Assembly (NCBI GenBank): GCA_963834385.1
Contig: CAWIBO010000003.1
Coordinates: forward strand, 32,001 to 96,000
Length of the DNA: 64,000 bases
Direction of reading: 5' to 3'
DNA from: an uncultured Verrucomicrobiae bacterium
GTDB taxonomy: Bacteria > Verrucomicrobiota > Verrucomicrobiia > Chthoniobacterales > UBA10450
Shown piece after piece: positions 1 to 10,631 of the stretch; the stretch's first letter is position 1; the number at the start of each line of letters is the position of its first letter. The position numbers and the translations under genes were made by a program. Under the pieces are notes generated by a model. The model did no database searches. It saw nothing but the letters and a program-made list of their open reading frames with translations, and was not told where the DNA came from.

Positions 1-555
1 GTAACCGACCCGATCGTCGAGCATCTGCGGCGGCGGGATCAGGGTGGCATTGGGCACGACGGTTTTGACCGCCCCTCCTTCATCCTCGACCGCGGCGAAA
101 TCGAAGTTCGCGCCGAGGACCACCTTGTCGCGATGGCGCTCGATGGCGGCGGCAAAGGCGGCGTCACCCTCGTTGGGATTGTTGAAGATCAGGTCGAACA
201 TGACGAGACGGGCGCCCGCGCCGATGACGCGGTCGAGGAAGAGGGCCCAGACCTCGCGCGACCAGGGGAAGGGCTTTGCTGCCATCAATTGCAGGGCGCG
301 GTTGTTCTCCAGCTGGGCTTCGTCGAACGGCTTGAACTCGAGCGAAGTTTGGTCGATGCCGACGAAGGTGAGCTCCGGCGGCGAATCGGTCTTGCGCCCT
401 TCGCGCTGCATCAGGTCGTAGAAGGCCTGTTCGCCCGACCAGACCGCGGAGAGGAAGGGAATCTGCGGAACTTTCTGGACCAGAAGAACGCCGCCGGTCC
501 AGAGCAGGCAAATGCCGGCAAGAAGCCAGAGCCGGTGTCGCATCATCCAGTGCAT
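1..555 (-). CDS. CHASE2 sensor-domain protein (N-terminal part; probably an adenylate/guanylate cyclase), runs off the window start
   Basis: Hand translation from ATG 555: MHWMMRHRLWLLAGICLLWTGGVLLV...FVGIDQTS...PFPWSREVWALFLDRVIGAGARLVMFDLIF, a typical CHASE2 pattern; not in the ORF track because it is truncated. Confidence 0.8.
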   Translation of the reverse strand, partial: MHWMMRHRLWLLAGICLLWTGGVLLVQKVPQIPFLSAVWSGEQAFYDLMQREGRKTDSPPELTFVGIDQTSLEFKPFDEAQLENNRALQLMAAKPFPWSREVWALFLDRVIGAGARLVMFDLIFNNPNEGDAAFAAAIERHRDKVVLGANFDFAAVEDEGGAVKTVVPNATLIPPPQMLDDRVGY

Positions 556-643
556 GTGAGGGCAGTTTAGGATGAAGGGCGGGGAGAGGAAGGGGAAACA
601 TCCTCCGCGGGCGAGGTCTTGCCGGCTGAAACCAGAAAAACGG

Positions 644-671
644 TTGCAGAGGCGGAGGCAGTGGCTATGGT
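644..671 (+). promoter_or_regulatory. Putative sigma70 promoter of the rplT-pheST operon
   Basis: TTGCAG(644-649)-16 nt-TATGGT(666-671) just upstream of a structured leader. Confidence 0.4.
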
Positions 672-679
672 GCCGGCCC

Positions 680-818
680 GTGACGCTGGCTACAGCGTCC
701 GTCAGGTCTGCCCACCTGCCCCGCCACGCGGGGCTCTTTCGCGAGTGAGGTCGGGGAGACCACCTGAAATAACAACCCGCGAAAAAAGGAGCCCCGGAGC
801 GATCCGGGGAATAACAAA
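680..818 (+). promoter_or_regulatory. Structured 5' leader of rplT, candidate L20 autoregulatory RNA switch
   Basis: Hairpins 682-699, 703-718, 719-733 and 792-809 (GCGA tetraloop); alternative long stem 730-743/778-795. Confidence 0.6.
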
Positions 819-1205
819 ATGCCCAGAGCAACCAACGCCCCGGCCAGCCGGGAGCGCCGCAAACGTGTCATCAACGCCGCGAAAGGCTATCGCGGCCGCC
901 GGTCCAAACTCTTCCGTTACGCGAAAGACGCGACGATGAAGGGGAAATACTGGGCCTACCGGGATCGCAAGACCCGCAAACGCAATTTCCGCATGCTCTG
1001 GGTGCAGCGTCTTAACGCCGCTGTCCGCGCCCAGGGTCTGACCTACAGCCGCTTCGCCGAGGGCCTCAAGGCCGCCGCGATCGGGCTCGACCGCAAGATT
1101 CTTTCCGACCTCGCCATCACCGACGAGAAGGCTTTCGCCACCATCGTGGAAAAGGTGAAATCCGCGCTGGAAACGAAGAATTCGGAGAAAAAGAAAGCCG
1201 CTTAG
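819..1205 (+). CDS. rplT: 50S ribosomal protein L20
   Basis: MPRATN...[13 protein letters not shown]...YAYRDR-like [24 protein letters not shown]...[10 protein letters not shown]. Confidence 0.98.
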   Translation: MPRATNAPASRERRKRVINAAKGYRGRRSKLFRYAKDATMKGKYWAYRDRKTRKRNFRMLWVQRLNAAVRAQGLTYSRFAEGLKAAAIGLDRKILSDLAITDEKAFATIVEKVKSALETKNSEKKKAA

Positions 1206-1320
1206 CGGATTGCCGAAGCTTCCCGCGGGAGTCGTGCCCGCGCCGGGTTTGTCCCGCGCCGGGTCGTCCGCGCCGCTTTCAGAATTGCGACGGCCGGTGA
1301 CTGCCGTTACAGGATTGCCC

Positions 1321-2337
1321 ATGTCCCATCCGCTCGAGGAATTGCGCGAGACCGCCCTGCGCGACATCGCCGGGGCGGCCGACGCCCCCGCGCTGGATGC
1401 GGTCCGGGTGCGCTACCTTGGCCGGAACGGCACCATCACGGCCTGGGGCGAGCAGATGAAGTCGCTCGGGAAAGAGGAGCGCCCGGTGGTGGGCCGCCTT
1501 CTCAACGAAGCCCGCACGTCGGTGACGGCGGCGCTGGAAGAGGCGGCGGCAAAACTGCAGAGCCGGCAGGAAGAGGCGGAGCTGGCCGGGATCGATCTTT
1601 CCCTGCCGGGCACGCCCTTCGAGATGGGCGCGCTCCATCCGCTCACGCAAATGCTCGCGAGAGGCATCGAGATTTTTCGCCGAATGGGCTTTGCCATCGC
1701 CCATGGCCCGGACGTGGAGGACGAGTGGCACTGCTTCGATGCGCTGAATACCGCGCCTGATCATCCGGCGCGGAACGAGCAGGACACCTTTTATCTGCAG
1801 GATGGCCGGCTCCTGCGCACCCATACTTCCAGCGTGCAAATCCGCACCATGCAATCGGCCCCGCCGCCCATTCGCGTCATTGCCCCGGGGGCGGCCTATC
1901 GCCGCGACGAGGTGGACGCGACCCACAGCGCGCAGTTCCACCAGATCGAGGGCCTTTACGTGGATGAAAAGGTGAGCGTGGCCGACCTGAAAGGGACGCT
2001 CGAATTTTTCCTGCGCGAACTTTTCGGCCCGGATACCGCCGTCCGGTTTCGTCCCCATTATTTTCCCTTCACCGAGCCGAGCTTCGAGATCGATGTGAAA
2101 TCGAAGGCGCTCCGGAGCGGCGAAAAATGGCTGGAGGTTTGCGGCTGCGGCATGGTGCACCCGGCCGTTTTCGAGCAGGTGAACAAGACGCGGGGCGACG
2201 CGGCCTACGACCCGGAAAAATGGACCGGCTTCGCCTTTGGCCTCGGCATGGACCGCCTGGCCATGATCCTTTTCGGAATACCCGACATTCGTCTTTTCGC
2301 GCAGAACGACCTGCGTTTCCTGCGGCAGTTTGCCTGA
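1321..2337 (+). CDS. pheS: Phenylalanine--tRNA ligase alpha subunit
   Basis: HPARNEQDTFY, LLRTHTSSVQIR, FRPHYFPFTEPS, GFAFGLGMDRLAM; start moved to ATG 1321. Confidence 0.98.
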   Translation: MSHPLEELRETALRDIAGAADAPALDAVRVRYLGRNGTITAWGEQMKSLGKEERPVVGRLLNEARTSVTAALEEAAAKLQSRQEEAELAGIDLSLPGTPFEMGALHPLTQMLARGIEIFRRMGFAIAHGPDVEDEWHCFDALNTAPDHPARNEQDTFYLQDGRLLRTHTSSVQIRTMQSAPPPIRVIAPGAAYRRDEVDATHSAQFHQIEGLYVDEKVSVADLKGTLEFFLRELFGPDTAVRFRPHYFPFTEPSFEIDVKSKALRSGEKWLEVCGCGMVHPAVFEQVNKTRGDAAYDPEKWTGFAFGLGMDRLAMILFGIPDIRLFAQNDLRFLRQFA

Positions 2338-2358
2338 AATGCGCGCGCCCGAACCCCG

Positions 2359-4708
2359 ATGAAATTCTCCGTCAACTGGCTGCGTGAACTGGTGGAGCTG
2401 CCGCCCGGCGTGGAGGAACTGGCGGACCTGCTGACCCGGGCCGGGGTGGAGATCGAGGGAATGGCGCAGCGGGGCGCCGATTTTCCCGGGGTGGTCGTGG
2501 CGCAGATCAAGGAATCCGCCCAGCACCCGAACGCGGACCGGCTCAGTGTCTGCCAGGTGGATGACGGGTCGGGCACGTTGCGCCAGATTGTTTGCGGGGC
2601 AAAAAATTATCAGGTAGGCGACAAGGTGCCGCTGGCGCAGCCGGGCGCGAACCTGCCCGGCGACCTGAAAATTCGGGCGAGCAAGCTGCGCGGGGTGGAA
2701 TCGCAGGGCATGCTTTGCAGCGCGAAGGAGCTGAACCTGGCCGAGGAGGCCGCCGGGCTCCTGATTCTCTCCCCGGAGGCCTCCGTGGGCGCGCCCATTT
2801 CCTCGCTTTACCCGGCCGACACCATTCTTGATGTCGAGATCACGCCGAACCGGCCGGACCTGCTCAGTTACCGTGGCCTGGCCCGCGAGATCGCAGCCCT
2901 GACCGGCAAAAGGCTTGCCCAAAGCGGAGAACAAACCGCCGTCCCTGCGGAAACGGACGGGAAGGTGGTCACGATCTCGGCGACGGACGAATGCCCGTTC
3001 TTTTCCCTTCGCCGCATTGAGGGGATCACGGTGGGCCCGAGCCCGGAATGGCTGCGGCTGAAGCTCGAAGCCAGCGGCCTGCGCGCGATCAACAACATCG
3101 TGGACATCACGAATTACGTGATGCTCGAGCTGGGCCAGCCGCTGCACGCGTTTGACGCCGACAAGCTGGAGGGCGCGATCAGGGTGCGGCTGGCAAATGA
3201 AGGGGAAACTTTTCTTGCCCTTGATGGGCGCACCTATGCGCTGGCGCCGGAAGATCTCATGGTGACCGACCAGGCGCGGGCGGTCGGCATTGCGGGGGTG
3301 ATGGGCGGTGAAGAAACCGGCGTGACCGGTGAGACGCGAAACGTTCTTCTTGAAGCGGCCTGGTTTTTACCTGCGGCGATCCGGCGGACGGCGCGCCGCC
3401 TCAACCTGCCGAGCGACGCCAGCTACCGGTTCGAACGCGGAGTGGATCCGCAGGGGACATTGCGCGCCTCGGCGCGTGCCGCGGAACTGATGCGCGAAGT
3501 GGCCGGGGGCCGGCCGGTGGAGCGGGTGGCGGTGGCAGGCGCGCCCCTGCCGGATCCGGTGCCGGTGCGGTTGCGCGAAGCGCGCTGCGCCGAGCTGCTG
3601 GGGGTGCCTCTGGAGCGCGGGACGATCAAGCCGATCCTCGAGGGGCTGGGCTTGCACGCCGCAGAGGAGGAGAAAGAGGCGCTGGTCTGGAGCATTCCGA
3701 GTTATCGGCGCGACCTCCAGCGTGAAGTGGACCTGATCGAGGAAGTCATTCGTGTGCATGGGATCGACCGGGTCCCGGGAAGCGACCGGAGCCGTTTCAC
3801 GCCGGTGAGCGCGGCCGACCGCACCTTTGACCGGGAGAATGGGTTGCGCCGGCGCCTGGTGGCGCGCGGTTTTTTCGAGGCGCGCACCTCGGCCCTGGTG
3901 TCGCGGGCCTCGTTGCAGGAGGAGGAAGCGGTGCCGGTGCGCAATCCGCTAAGCGAAGACCACGTGGCCCTGCGGCCGAGCCTGCTGCGCGGGTTGCTCG
4001 AGGTTCTGCGGCATAACGCGGCCATGGGCGCGACCACCGTGCGCCTGTTCGAGGTGGGCCGGATCTTTCGCCCGCCCGGCGCGGCCGAGGAACGAACGCT
4101 CGGTCTCCTGCTTTCGGGCGCGGTGGTCTCGGGGCCGCACTGGCGCGGGGGAGAAAAGCGCCTGCTCGATTTCTATGATCTGCGCAGCGCGCTGGAGGTG
4201 CTTGGTCTCGATGATCTGGCCTGGGAGCGCGCCGGGCACGAGCGGTTCGCCCTCGCGGCGGAGGTGAAAAGCGGCGGGGTGGTGCTGGGCCTGGCCGGGC
4301 AACTGAGCGCGGCGGAGGCGGCGCCGTCTCGGGGCGCACGCGCCGGTTTACCTGGCGCAGATCAATCTCGAGGCGGCGGCCAGGGCGAACGAAAAACAGT
4401 TTGCGCCGATGGATCGGTTCCCGGCGGTGACGCGGGACATTGCGATGTTTGTGCCGGCGGCGGTGCGGCACGAGCAGATTGTTGCGAGCCTGCGCGGGGC
4501 GAAGGAATCGCTTCTGGAAGGGATCGAGCTGTTCGATCTTTTCGCGGGAAAGCAAGATGAAAATGGAAAAGAAACGCGCAAGTCGATGGCTTACACATTG
4601 ACATACCGCGACCGGAACCGGACACTGACCAACGACGAAGTCACCGCGGTCCACACGAAGATTCGTGAACGATTGCAGACGGAGCTGGGAGTGGAACTGC
4701 GGGAATAG
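2359..4708 (+). CDS. pheT: Phenylalanine--tRNA ligase beta subunit (one extra base near 4321, probably a sequencing error)
   Basis: HPNADRL, IVCGAKN, ITPNRPDLLS, DASYRFERGVD in ORF 2359-4560; FDX-ACB domain (RFPAVTRDIA...KSMAYTLTYR) in another frame to 4708; total length 3n+1. Confidence 0.95.
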
Positions 4709-4798
4709 TTCTTTGAAAGCGCGCGGGGAGTTGCCCGCTGAGGGCTGGGTTTGAAACCAGTGCTTTCGCTCAGCCTTCAACCGGCAAATTCCCGCAAA

Positions 4799-4980
4799 TT
4801 TACCCTGCGGTGTTCGAGATTACAGGTGTGAATCCCGAACCGATAATTCAGTTACCAGGAGGCTTGGCCGGTGGCGGAAGATGACATGCCTTAATTGGAA
4901 GTCAGACGCCGCGCCGGTGGTCATCCGCCCGTTACCGATAGGGAACGGGAGTTCCACCTAAACGGCATTGGCGGGGTAAA
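4799..4980 (+). ncRNA. ssrS: 6S RNA
   Basis: About 180 nt rod: TTTACCCTGCGGTGT pairs with GGCATTGGCGGGGTAAA, and GGTGTGAATCCCG with CGGGAGTTCCACC; central bubble; position just downstream of pheT; followed by a terminator. Confidence 0.8.
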
Positions 4981-4986
4981 AACCTT

Positions 4987-5018
4987 AAACGCCCCGGCAC
5001 CGGCCGCGGGCGTTTTTT
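4987..5018 (+). terminator. Rho-independent terminator after 6S RNA
   Basis: AAACGCCC...GGGCGTTTTTT stem plus T tract. Confidence 0.7.
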
Positions 5019-5085
5019 GCTTTTGTCCGGCACGGCCGGCAGATCGCGGGTTGAAAAGCTTCCACGCCGGAGGGACTGTCGCCCG

Positions 5086-6223
5086 ATGCGCGCCCTGCTT
5101 GTGCTCGAGGATGGACGATGCTTCGAGGGCGTTTCCTTCGGCGCCACCGGCACGGTCCTGGGCGAGATCTGTTTCAACACTTCCATGACCGGTTACCAGG
5201 AAGTGCTGACCGATCCCTCCTACCGGGGACAGATCGTGGCCATGACCTACCCGTTGATCGGCAACTACGGCATCAACCAGCTCGACCAGGAGAGCGCCTC
5301 GCCGCATGTGCGCGGGTTCGTCATTGAAGAGTTAAGCGAAGCGCCGAGCAACTGGCGGAGCGAGATGTCGCTCGATGATTATCTGCGCCAGTGGAACATC
5401 CCCGGGCTCCAGGGCGTGGACACGCGCGCGCTGACCCGGCACCTGCGGACCCGGGGAGCGATGAAAGCCTGCCTGACCACCGAGGAGATGACTCCGGAGG
5501 AAGCGGCCGGGCGCGCCCGGGAAGGCAAAGGGGTCGTGGGCATGGATTATGTGCACGAGGTGACGACAAAGGCGCCCTACCGCTGGGACGAGGGGGACAC
5601 GCTCAGTGCGCCCTGGTCGGTCGCCACGGGCGAGGCGAAACCCGGTTTGCCGCCGCTCCGGCACCGCGTGGTGGCCTATGATTACGGGATCAAGCAAAAC
5701 ATCCTGCGGCAACTCCGGCAGCATGGCTTCGAGGTCACGGTGGTGCCGGCCACGACCACGGCGGAGGAGGCGTTGCGCCATGAGCCCGACGGAATTTTTC
5801 TTTCCAACGGCCCGGGCGACCCGGGAGCGCTCGATTACGCGCACGAAGCCGTCCGGGGATTGATGGGCAGGAAACCGATCTTTGGCATCTGCCTCGGGCA
5901 CCAGGTGCTCGGGCTACGCCTTTGGCGGACGCACCTTCAAGCTGAAGTTCGGACACCGCGGCGGGAACCAGCCGGTGCAGGATTTGCAGACCGGGAAAGT
6001 GGCGATCACTTCGCAGAACCACGGTTTCGCCGTCGATCCGAAATCGCTCCCGACGAACGTGGAGGTGACGCACGTGAACCTGAACGACGGAACGGTCGAG
6101 GGGATGAAACACCGCGAGTTGCCGATCTTCAGCGTGCAATATCACCCGGAAGCCGCGCCCGGCCCGCACGACGCCAGCTATTTCTTCGAGGAATTCGCGC
6201 GCCTGATCGACCGTTCCCGTTAA
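5086..6223 (+). CDS. carA: Carbamoyl-phosphate synthase small subunit (extra G near 5911)
   Basis: [37 protein letters not shown], then [33 protein letters not shown] in the shifted frame. Confidence 0.95.
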
Positions 6224-6990
6224 TCCGCGGCGCGGGAGGGCGCGGTCGCGGCGGAGGCATTTGCCGGGCCGGTCCCGGTGCGCCCGCGGAGGGCGACGAT
6301 TTCCTTGAGCATGCGCAGGCTGTCCCGGGCAAAATCGACCTTGCTCCCCTCGCAATGGTTCCAGTGCACCGGCACTTCGCGCAGGCGCAACCCGGCCTGG
6401 TGGGCCAGGTAGAGAAGCTCCACGTCAAAACCGAATCCATCGGTGCGGGCGGCCTCGAAGAGCGGACGACAGGTGGACATCCGGAAAGCCTTGCAACCGC
6501 ATTGCGTGTCCCAGAAAGGCAGGCCGGTGGCGAGACGGACAATGAGATTGAAGATGCGCCCGCCCTGTTCCCGCCGCCAGGGCTGGCGATGGCCGATCAG
6601 GCTGCGATCCAGCGCGCGCGAGCCGAAGGCGACGTCGACCTCGCCGGCGGCAATCGGGTCAACCAGCCGCGAGATTTCCTCGATCGGGGTGGAGAGATCC
6701 GCATCGGTAAAGACCGCGATGGGGCGGCTGGCCGCGAGGAAACCGGCGCGCACGGCCGCTCCCTTGCCGCGGTTCGGGTAATTCTCGAGCAGGCGCGTCT
6801 GCAACGGGCTGCCAAGGGCAAAGGTGGCGTGAACCACTTCGCCGGTGGCGTCGGTCGAGCCGTCGTTGACCACGATCACCTCGGCCTCGGGGCTGTTGCG
6901 CTCGAGCCAGGCCATGATGATGTGCAGGGTCTGCCCGATGCGTTCCGCCTCGTTATAGGCGGGGATGACAAGGGAGAATCCCGGGGACAT
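6220..6990 (-). CDS. GT2 glycosyltransferase, dolichyl-phosphate beta-glucosyltransferase-like
   Basis: [51 protein letters not shown]. Confidence 0.9.
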   Translation of the reverse strand: MSPGFSLVIPAYNEAERIGQTLHIIMAWLERNSPEAEVIVVNDGSTDATGEVVHATFALGSPLQTRLLENYPNRGKGAAVRAGFLAASRPIAVFTDADLSTPIEEISRLVDPIAAGEVDVAFGSRALDRSLIGHRQPWRREQGGRIFNLIVRLATGLPFWDTQCGCKAFRMSTCRPLFEAARTDGFGFDVELLYLAHQAGLRLREVPVHWNHCEGSKVDFARDSLRMLKEIVALRGRTGTGPANASAATAPSRAAD

Positions 6991-7015
6991 GAAGGAGAAC
7001 GTGGCGCCGTTTTAC

Positions 7016-8038
7016 TCAGCGATAGATTGCGGTGGTTATCTTTCCGGAGGCATCAATGGAGCCGCGATACATGCCGTTGGTGTTGAAAGGCATGGCGATA
7101 TTCCCTTTGGCATCGAGCGCGATCAAGCCGCCGGTTCCGCCCAGCCGGCCCACCTCCTCGATCACCGCCCGGGCCGCCTCGGCCAGGGGCGTGCCGGCAT
7201 ACTGCATGCGCGCGGCCACATCGTAGGCCGCCACGGCGCGGATAAAGTATTCGCCGTCGCCGGTCGCGCTCACCGCGCAGCTCTCATTGGAGGCGTAGGT
7301 CCCGCTGCCCAGCACGGGTGAATCACCAATCCGCCCGGGTCGCTTGTTCGTCATGCCGCCGGTGGAAGTGGCCGCAGCCAGATTGCCTTCGGCATCCAGC
7401 GCCACCGCGCCGACCGTGCCATGGCGGTCTTCGTCGGAGACCATCTCCTTTTTGCCGCCGCCGGCGCCTTGCTCAACCTTCTCCTGCACGCGGCGCAGGG
7501 CCTCGCGGCGCTCCGGCGTGTCGAAAAAGGAGGGTTCCACCAGCTCCAGTTTGTTTTCACGGGCGAAAGCCTCGGCCCCTGCCCCCGCCATCATGACGTG
7601 CGGAGATTTTTCCATGACGGCGCGCGCCGCGGCGATGGGGTGGCGCACGCGGGTGAGACCCGCGACTGCTCCGGCCTGGAGGGTTTTTCCATCCATGATC
7701 GAGGCATCCAGCTCATGGGTGGCGTCGCGCGTGAAAACAGCCCCGCGGCCGGCATTGAAAAGAGGGTTGTCCTCCAGGACAAGCACCGCCGCTTCCACCG
7801 CCTCGAGGCTGCGGCCGCCGCGTTTAAGAATGGCGTGACCGGCGCGCAGCCCGGCTTCCAGGCCTTCGCGGTAGGCGCGTTCTTTTTCCGGCGTCATGCT
7901 CGCGGGGTCGATGGTGCCGGCGCCTCCGTGCACGACGAGGACGATGGACGGTTCAGGCATGGCTTTCGGCTCCGCCGCGGCCTGCGCCGCGCCCAGGGCA
8001 ACGGCAGCAAACGCCAGCGAAAGCAGAAACGGTTTCAC
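7016..8038 (-). CDS. iaaA: Isoaspartyl peptidase/L-asparaginase (Ntn hydrolase) with signal peptide
   Basis: [47 protein letters not shown] start overlaps the upstream stop. Confidence 0.9.
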   Translation of the reverse strand: MKPFLLSLAFAAVALGAAQAAAEPKAMPEPSIVLVVHGGAGTIDPASMTPEKERAYREGLEAGLRAGHAILKRGGRSLEAVEAAVLVLEDNPLFNAGRGAVFTRDATHELDASIMDGKTLQAGAVAGLTRVRHPIAAARAVMEKSPHVMMAGAGAEAFARENKLELVEPSFFDTPERREALRRVQEKVEQGAGGGKKEMVSDEDRHGTVGAVALDAEGNLAAATSTGGMTNKRPGRIGDSPVLGSGTYASNESCAVSATGDGEYFIRAVAAYDVAARMQYAGTPLAEAARAVIEEVGRLGGTGGLIALDAKGNIAMPFNTNGMYRGSIDASGKITTAIYR

Positions 8039-8880
8039 TCGCGGGCAGGCCGGCCTTCCGCCGGCGACGACGGCGCGCTCTGGGGATCGGCATTGAGGAT
8101 CACCGGCAGCCCGTCCTTGCCGGCGCCAATGATGACGACCTTGGCGTTCTGGCTCAGGGCCAGTTCCTTGGTTGCCTCGATCCCCTTCCATTTCAGGAGA
8201 TTCTCGTTAATCCCCTCGGCCACGATTTTCTGAAAGCTGGAGATGCCTTCGGCCTCGATCTTCTTGCGCTCGGCTTCCTGTCGTTCCTTCGAGAGGACGA
8301 ACTGCATCCGGGAGGCTTCCTGCTCCGCGCCCAGTTTTTCCTGGATGGCCCGCTGCAGGCGCTCAGGCAGGGCAACGTCGCGCATCAGCATTTTTTCCAC
8401 GAGGATTCCGCGCGGTTCCAGGGAACTTTCGATCTGGTGGGTGATCTGCATGCTTAACTTTTCGCGTTCCGGCGAGTAAAGGGCCTTGGCCTCGTAGGAG
8501 CTGGTCACCTCACGCACCGCGCTCCGCACGGTCGGACCCACGAGGACGTCATCGTAGTTCATCCCGATGCTGCGATAAACCTCGGGCGCGCGTTTGGGGT
8601 CGAGATGAAAGAGCAGGCTGACGTCCAGATGAACGATCAGGCCTTCACTTGAGGGAGTATCCATCTTCTCCTTCACCTCGCGGGTCTGGACCGACATCCG
8701 GCGGATTTTGACCAGCGGATTGACCAGGTGCATCCCGGCCGGGATGGGGTTGTCCCGCACATTGCCGAAGAGATCGACCACGCCGACGTGACCGGCGGGC
8801 ACGGTGCGGACGGCGCGCAGGAGCAGAAAGGCGACCACGAGGAGGAGAACAAAGGCGACAGCGGGGAAACGGGATTTCAC
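8035..8880 (-). CDS. SPFH/prohibitin family membrane protein
   Basis: N-terminal TM helix, VPAGHVGVV, RSAVREVTS, AIQEKLGAEQE, EAERKKIEAEG. Confidence 0.88.
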   Translation of the reverse strand: MKSRFPAVAFVLLLVVAFLLLRAVRTVPAGHVGVVDLFGNVRDNPIPAGMHLVNPLVKIRRMSVQTREVKEKMDTPSSEGLIVHLDVSLLFHLDPKRAPEVYRSIGMNYDDVLVGPTVRSAVREVTSSYEAKALYSPEREKLSMQITHQIESSLEPRGILVEKMLMRDVALPERLQRAIQEKLGAEQEASRMQFVLSKERQEAERKKIEAEGISSFQKIVAEGINENLLKWKGIEATKELALSQNAKVVIIGAGKDGLPVILNADPQSAPSSPAEGRPARE

Positions 8881-8997
8881 ACAGGAAAGGTAGCGACGGG
8901 TGCGCGGCGTTGTCGACCGCATTCCTTTTCCCGGAGGAGGGGGGCGCGCGCCTTTTCGCTTTCGCCCGCCTGTTTCTGGAGCAAAATCCCTTTCGAC

Positions 8998-9843
8998 ATG
9001 GCCGACGAGGAGAAACAGAGCAACGGGGGAATCGAGACCAACGCGGTCGCGGTGGTCCAGGATGTCGGCAAACGGAGCCAGGACTTCTTCTTCCAGATCG
9101 GGAGCCTGTTCTGGTTCATCATCAACACCGTCACCGAGACGGTGGAGAACATGCGCCGGGGCCGGGCTCCCTTTAAGGCCTCCAGTTTTTTCCGGCACAC
9201 CGAGCGGGCCGGGGTCGGCTCCGTGCCCCTGGTCGCGATGGTTTCCTTCTTCCTCGGGCTGACCATGGCCCTGCTGACCGGCTACCAACTGGAACGCTTC
9301 GGGACGGAACGGCTCGTGCCGGGCCTGGTGGCCATCGCCTTTACCCGGGAACTGGGGCCGCTCCTGACCGGCATCATGCTGGCGGCCCGGATTGGCGCGG
9401 CCTTCACGGCGGAACTGGGCACGATGCAGGTCTCGGAGGAGGTGGAGGCGATTGAGGCCATGGGCATCAGTCCCCTGCGGTTCCTGGTCGCGCCCCGGGT
9501 CCTGGCTCTTTTCGCCCTCATGCCCTGCCTTGCGATCATCTCGAGCCTGGCCGCGATCATCGCCACCGCCCTGATCTCGCGGGCCTACTTCAATATTGTC
9601 TTCAGCTATTACAGCGAGCTGGTCCTGAACGCCCTCCTGATCCGCGACATCATCACCGGCATTGTGAAGAGCTTCCTCTTTGGCCTGCTGATCTCGTCCA
9701 TTGCCTGTTATCGCGGGCTGAATGTGAAAGGGGGCGCCGCGGGCGTCGGCACCTCCACCACCTCGAGCGTGGTCACGGCCATCACCACCGTGATCGGTTT
9801 CGACACGCTCTTTAACGTCGTTTACGTGGTCTTTTTCCCATGA
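8998..9843 (+). CDS. mlaE: MlaE family lipid ABC permease
   Basis: RELGPLLTGIMLAARIGAAFTAELGTMQVSEEVEAIEAMG, GGAAGVGTSTTSSVV. Confidence 0.92.
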   Translation: MADEEKQSNGGIETNAVAVVQDVGKRSQDFFFQIGSLFWFIINTVTETVENMRRGRAPFKASSFFRHTERAGVGSVPLVAMVSFFLGLTMALLTGYQLERFGTERLVPGLVAIAFTRELGPLLTGIMLAARIGAAFTAELGTMQVSEEVEAIEAMGISPLRFLVAPRVLALFALMPCLAIISSLAAIIATALISRAYFNIVFSYYSELVLNALLIRDIITGIVKSFLFGLLISSIACYRGLNVKGGAAGVGTSTTSSVVTAITTVIGFDTLFNVVYVVFFP

Positions 9844-10631
9844 GCGCCTCGACTCCCCCCGTGGTCGAGCTGCGCGACGTCGCGCTCACCTTTGGCGACA
9901 AGCACGTCCTGCGCGGTGTCAATCTCGAGGTCGAGCCGCTTGATCGCGTAGTCATCATGGGGCAGAGCGGCAGCGGCAAGAGCACCATCCTGCGGTTGAT
10001 CCTGGGGATCCTGCCGCCCACCGCCGGCTCCGTCTTTTTCAAGCAGTTCGAGATCGGTCGGCTTTCCCGCCGGAAACTGCAGCGGCTGCGCACCCAGATG
10101 GGCATGGTCTATCAGTATTCCGCCCTGCTCAGCTCGCGCAACGTGCACGATAACATCGCGCTCCCGCTGGAGGAACTGACCGACAAGACCAAGGCCGAGA
10201 TCAATGAGGTGGTTGAGGAAAAGCTGAGCCTGGTCGGGTTGAGCGAGGCCCGCGACAAGATGCCCTCCGAGCTTAGCGGCGGCATGCGCAAACGCGTCTC
10301 CCTGGCGCGGGCCCTCGTCATGGACCCCGAGCTCATCCTTTTCGATGAACCCTCCGCCGGTCTGGATCCCGTCATCAGCTCGGTCATCGACGAGCTGATC
10401 ATCAGCCTGACCGAGAACTCCAAGGTGACCTCCATCATCGTGACCCACGAAATGGACAGCGCCTTTCGCATCGGCACTAAAATGGCTATGCTTTACAAGG
10501 GCCAGATCATCGAAGCTTCTGATCCCGAGACATTCAAACAATCCAACAATCCCGTGGTCGCTCAATTTTTGAGCGGCAGCACCGAAGGCCCCATCCTGGA
10601 AGGAACAACTGATGCAATTGCGACGAAATGA
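9840..10631 (+). CDS. mlaF: MlaF family ABC ATP-binding protein
   Basis: GQSGSGKST, PSELSGGMRKRVSLARA, ILFDEPSAGLDP; lies between mlaE and mlaD. Confidence 0.92.
   Translation: MSASTPPVVELRDVALTFGDKHVLRGVNLEVEPLDRVVIMGQSGSGKSTILRLILGILPPTAGSVFFKQFEIGRLSRRKLQRLRTQMGMVYQYSALLSSRNVHDNIALPLEELTDKTKAEINEVVEEKLSLVGLSEARDKMPSELSGGMRKRVSLARALVMDPELILFDEPSAGLDPVISSVIDELIISLTENSKVTSIIVTHEMDSAFRIGTKMAMLYKGQIIEASDPETFKQSNNPVVAQFLSGSTEGPILEGTTDAIATK

Noticed and set aside
1206..1320. T-box or pheM-type attenuator before pheS
   Set aside because: No T-box consensus and no Phe-rich leader peptide; only a GC-rich hairpin
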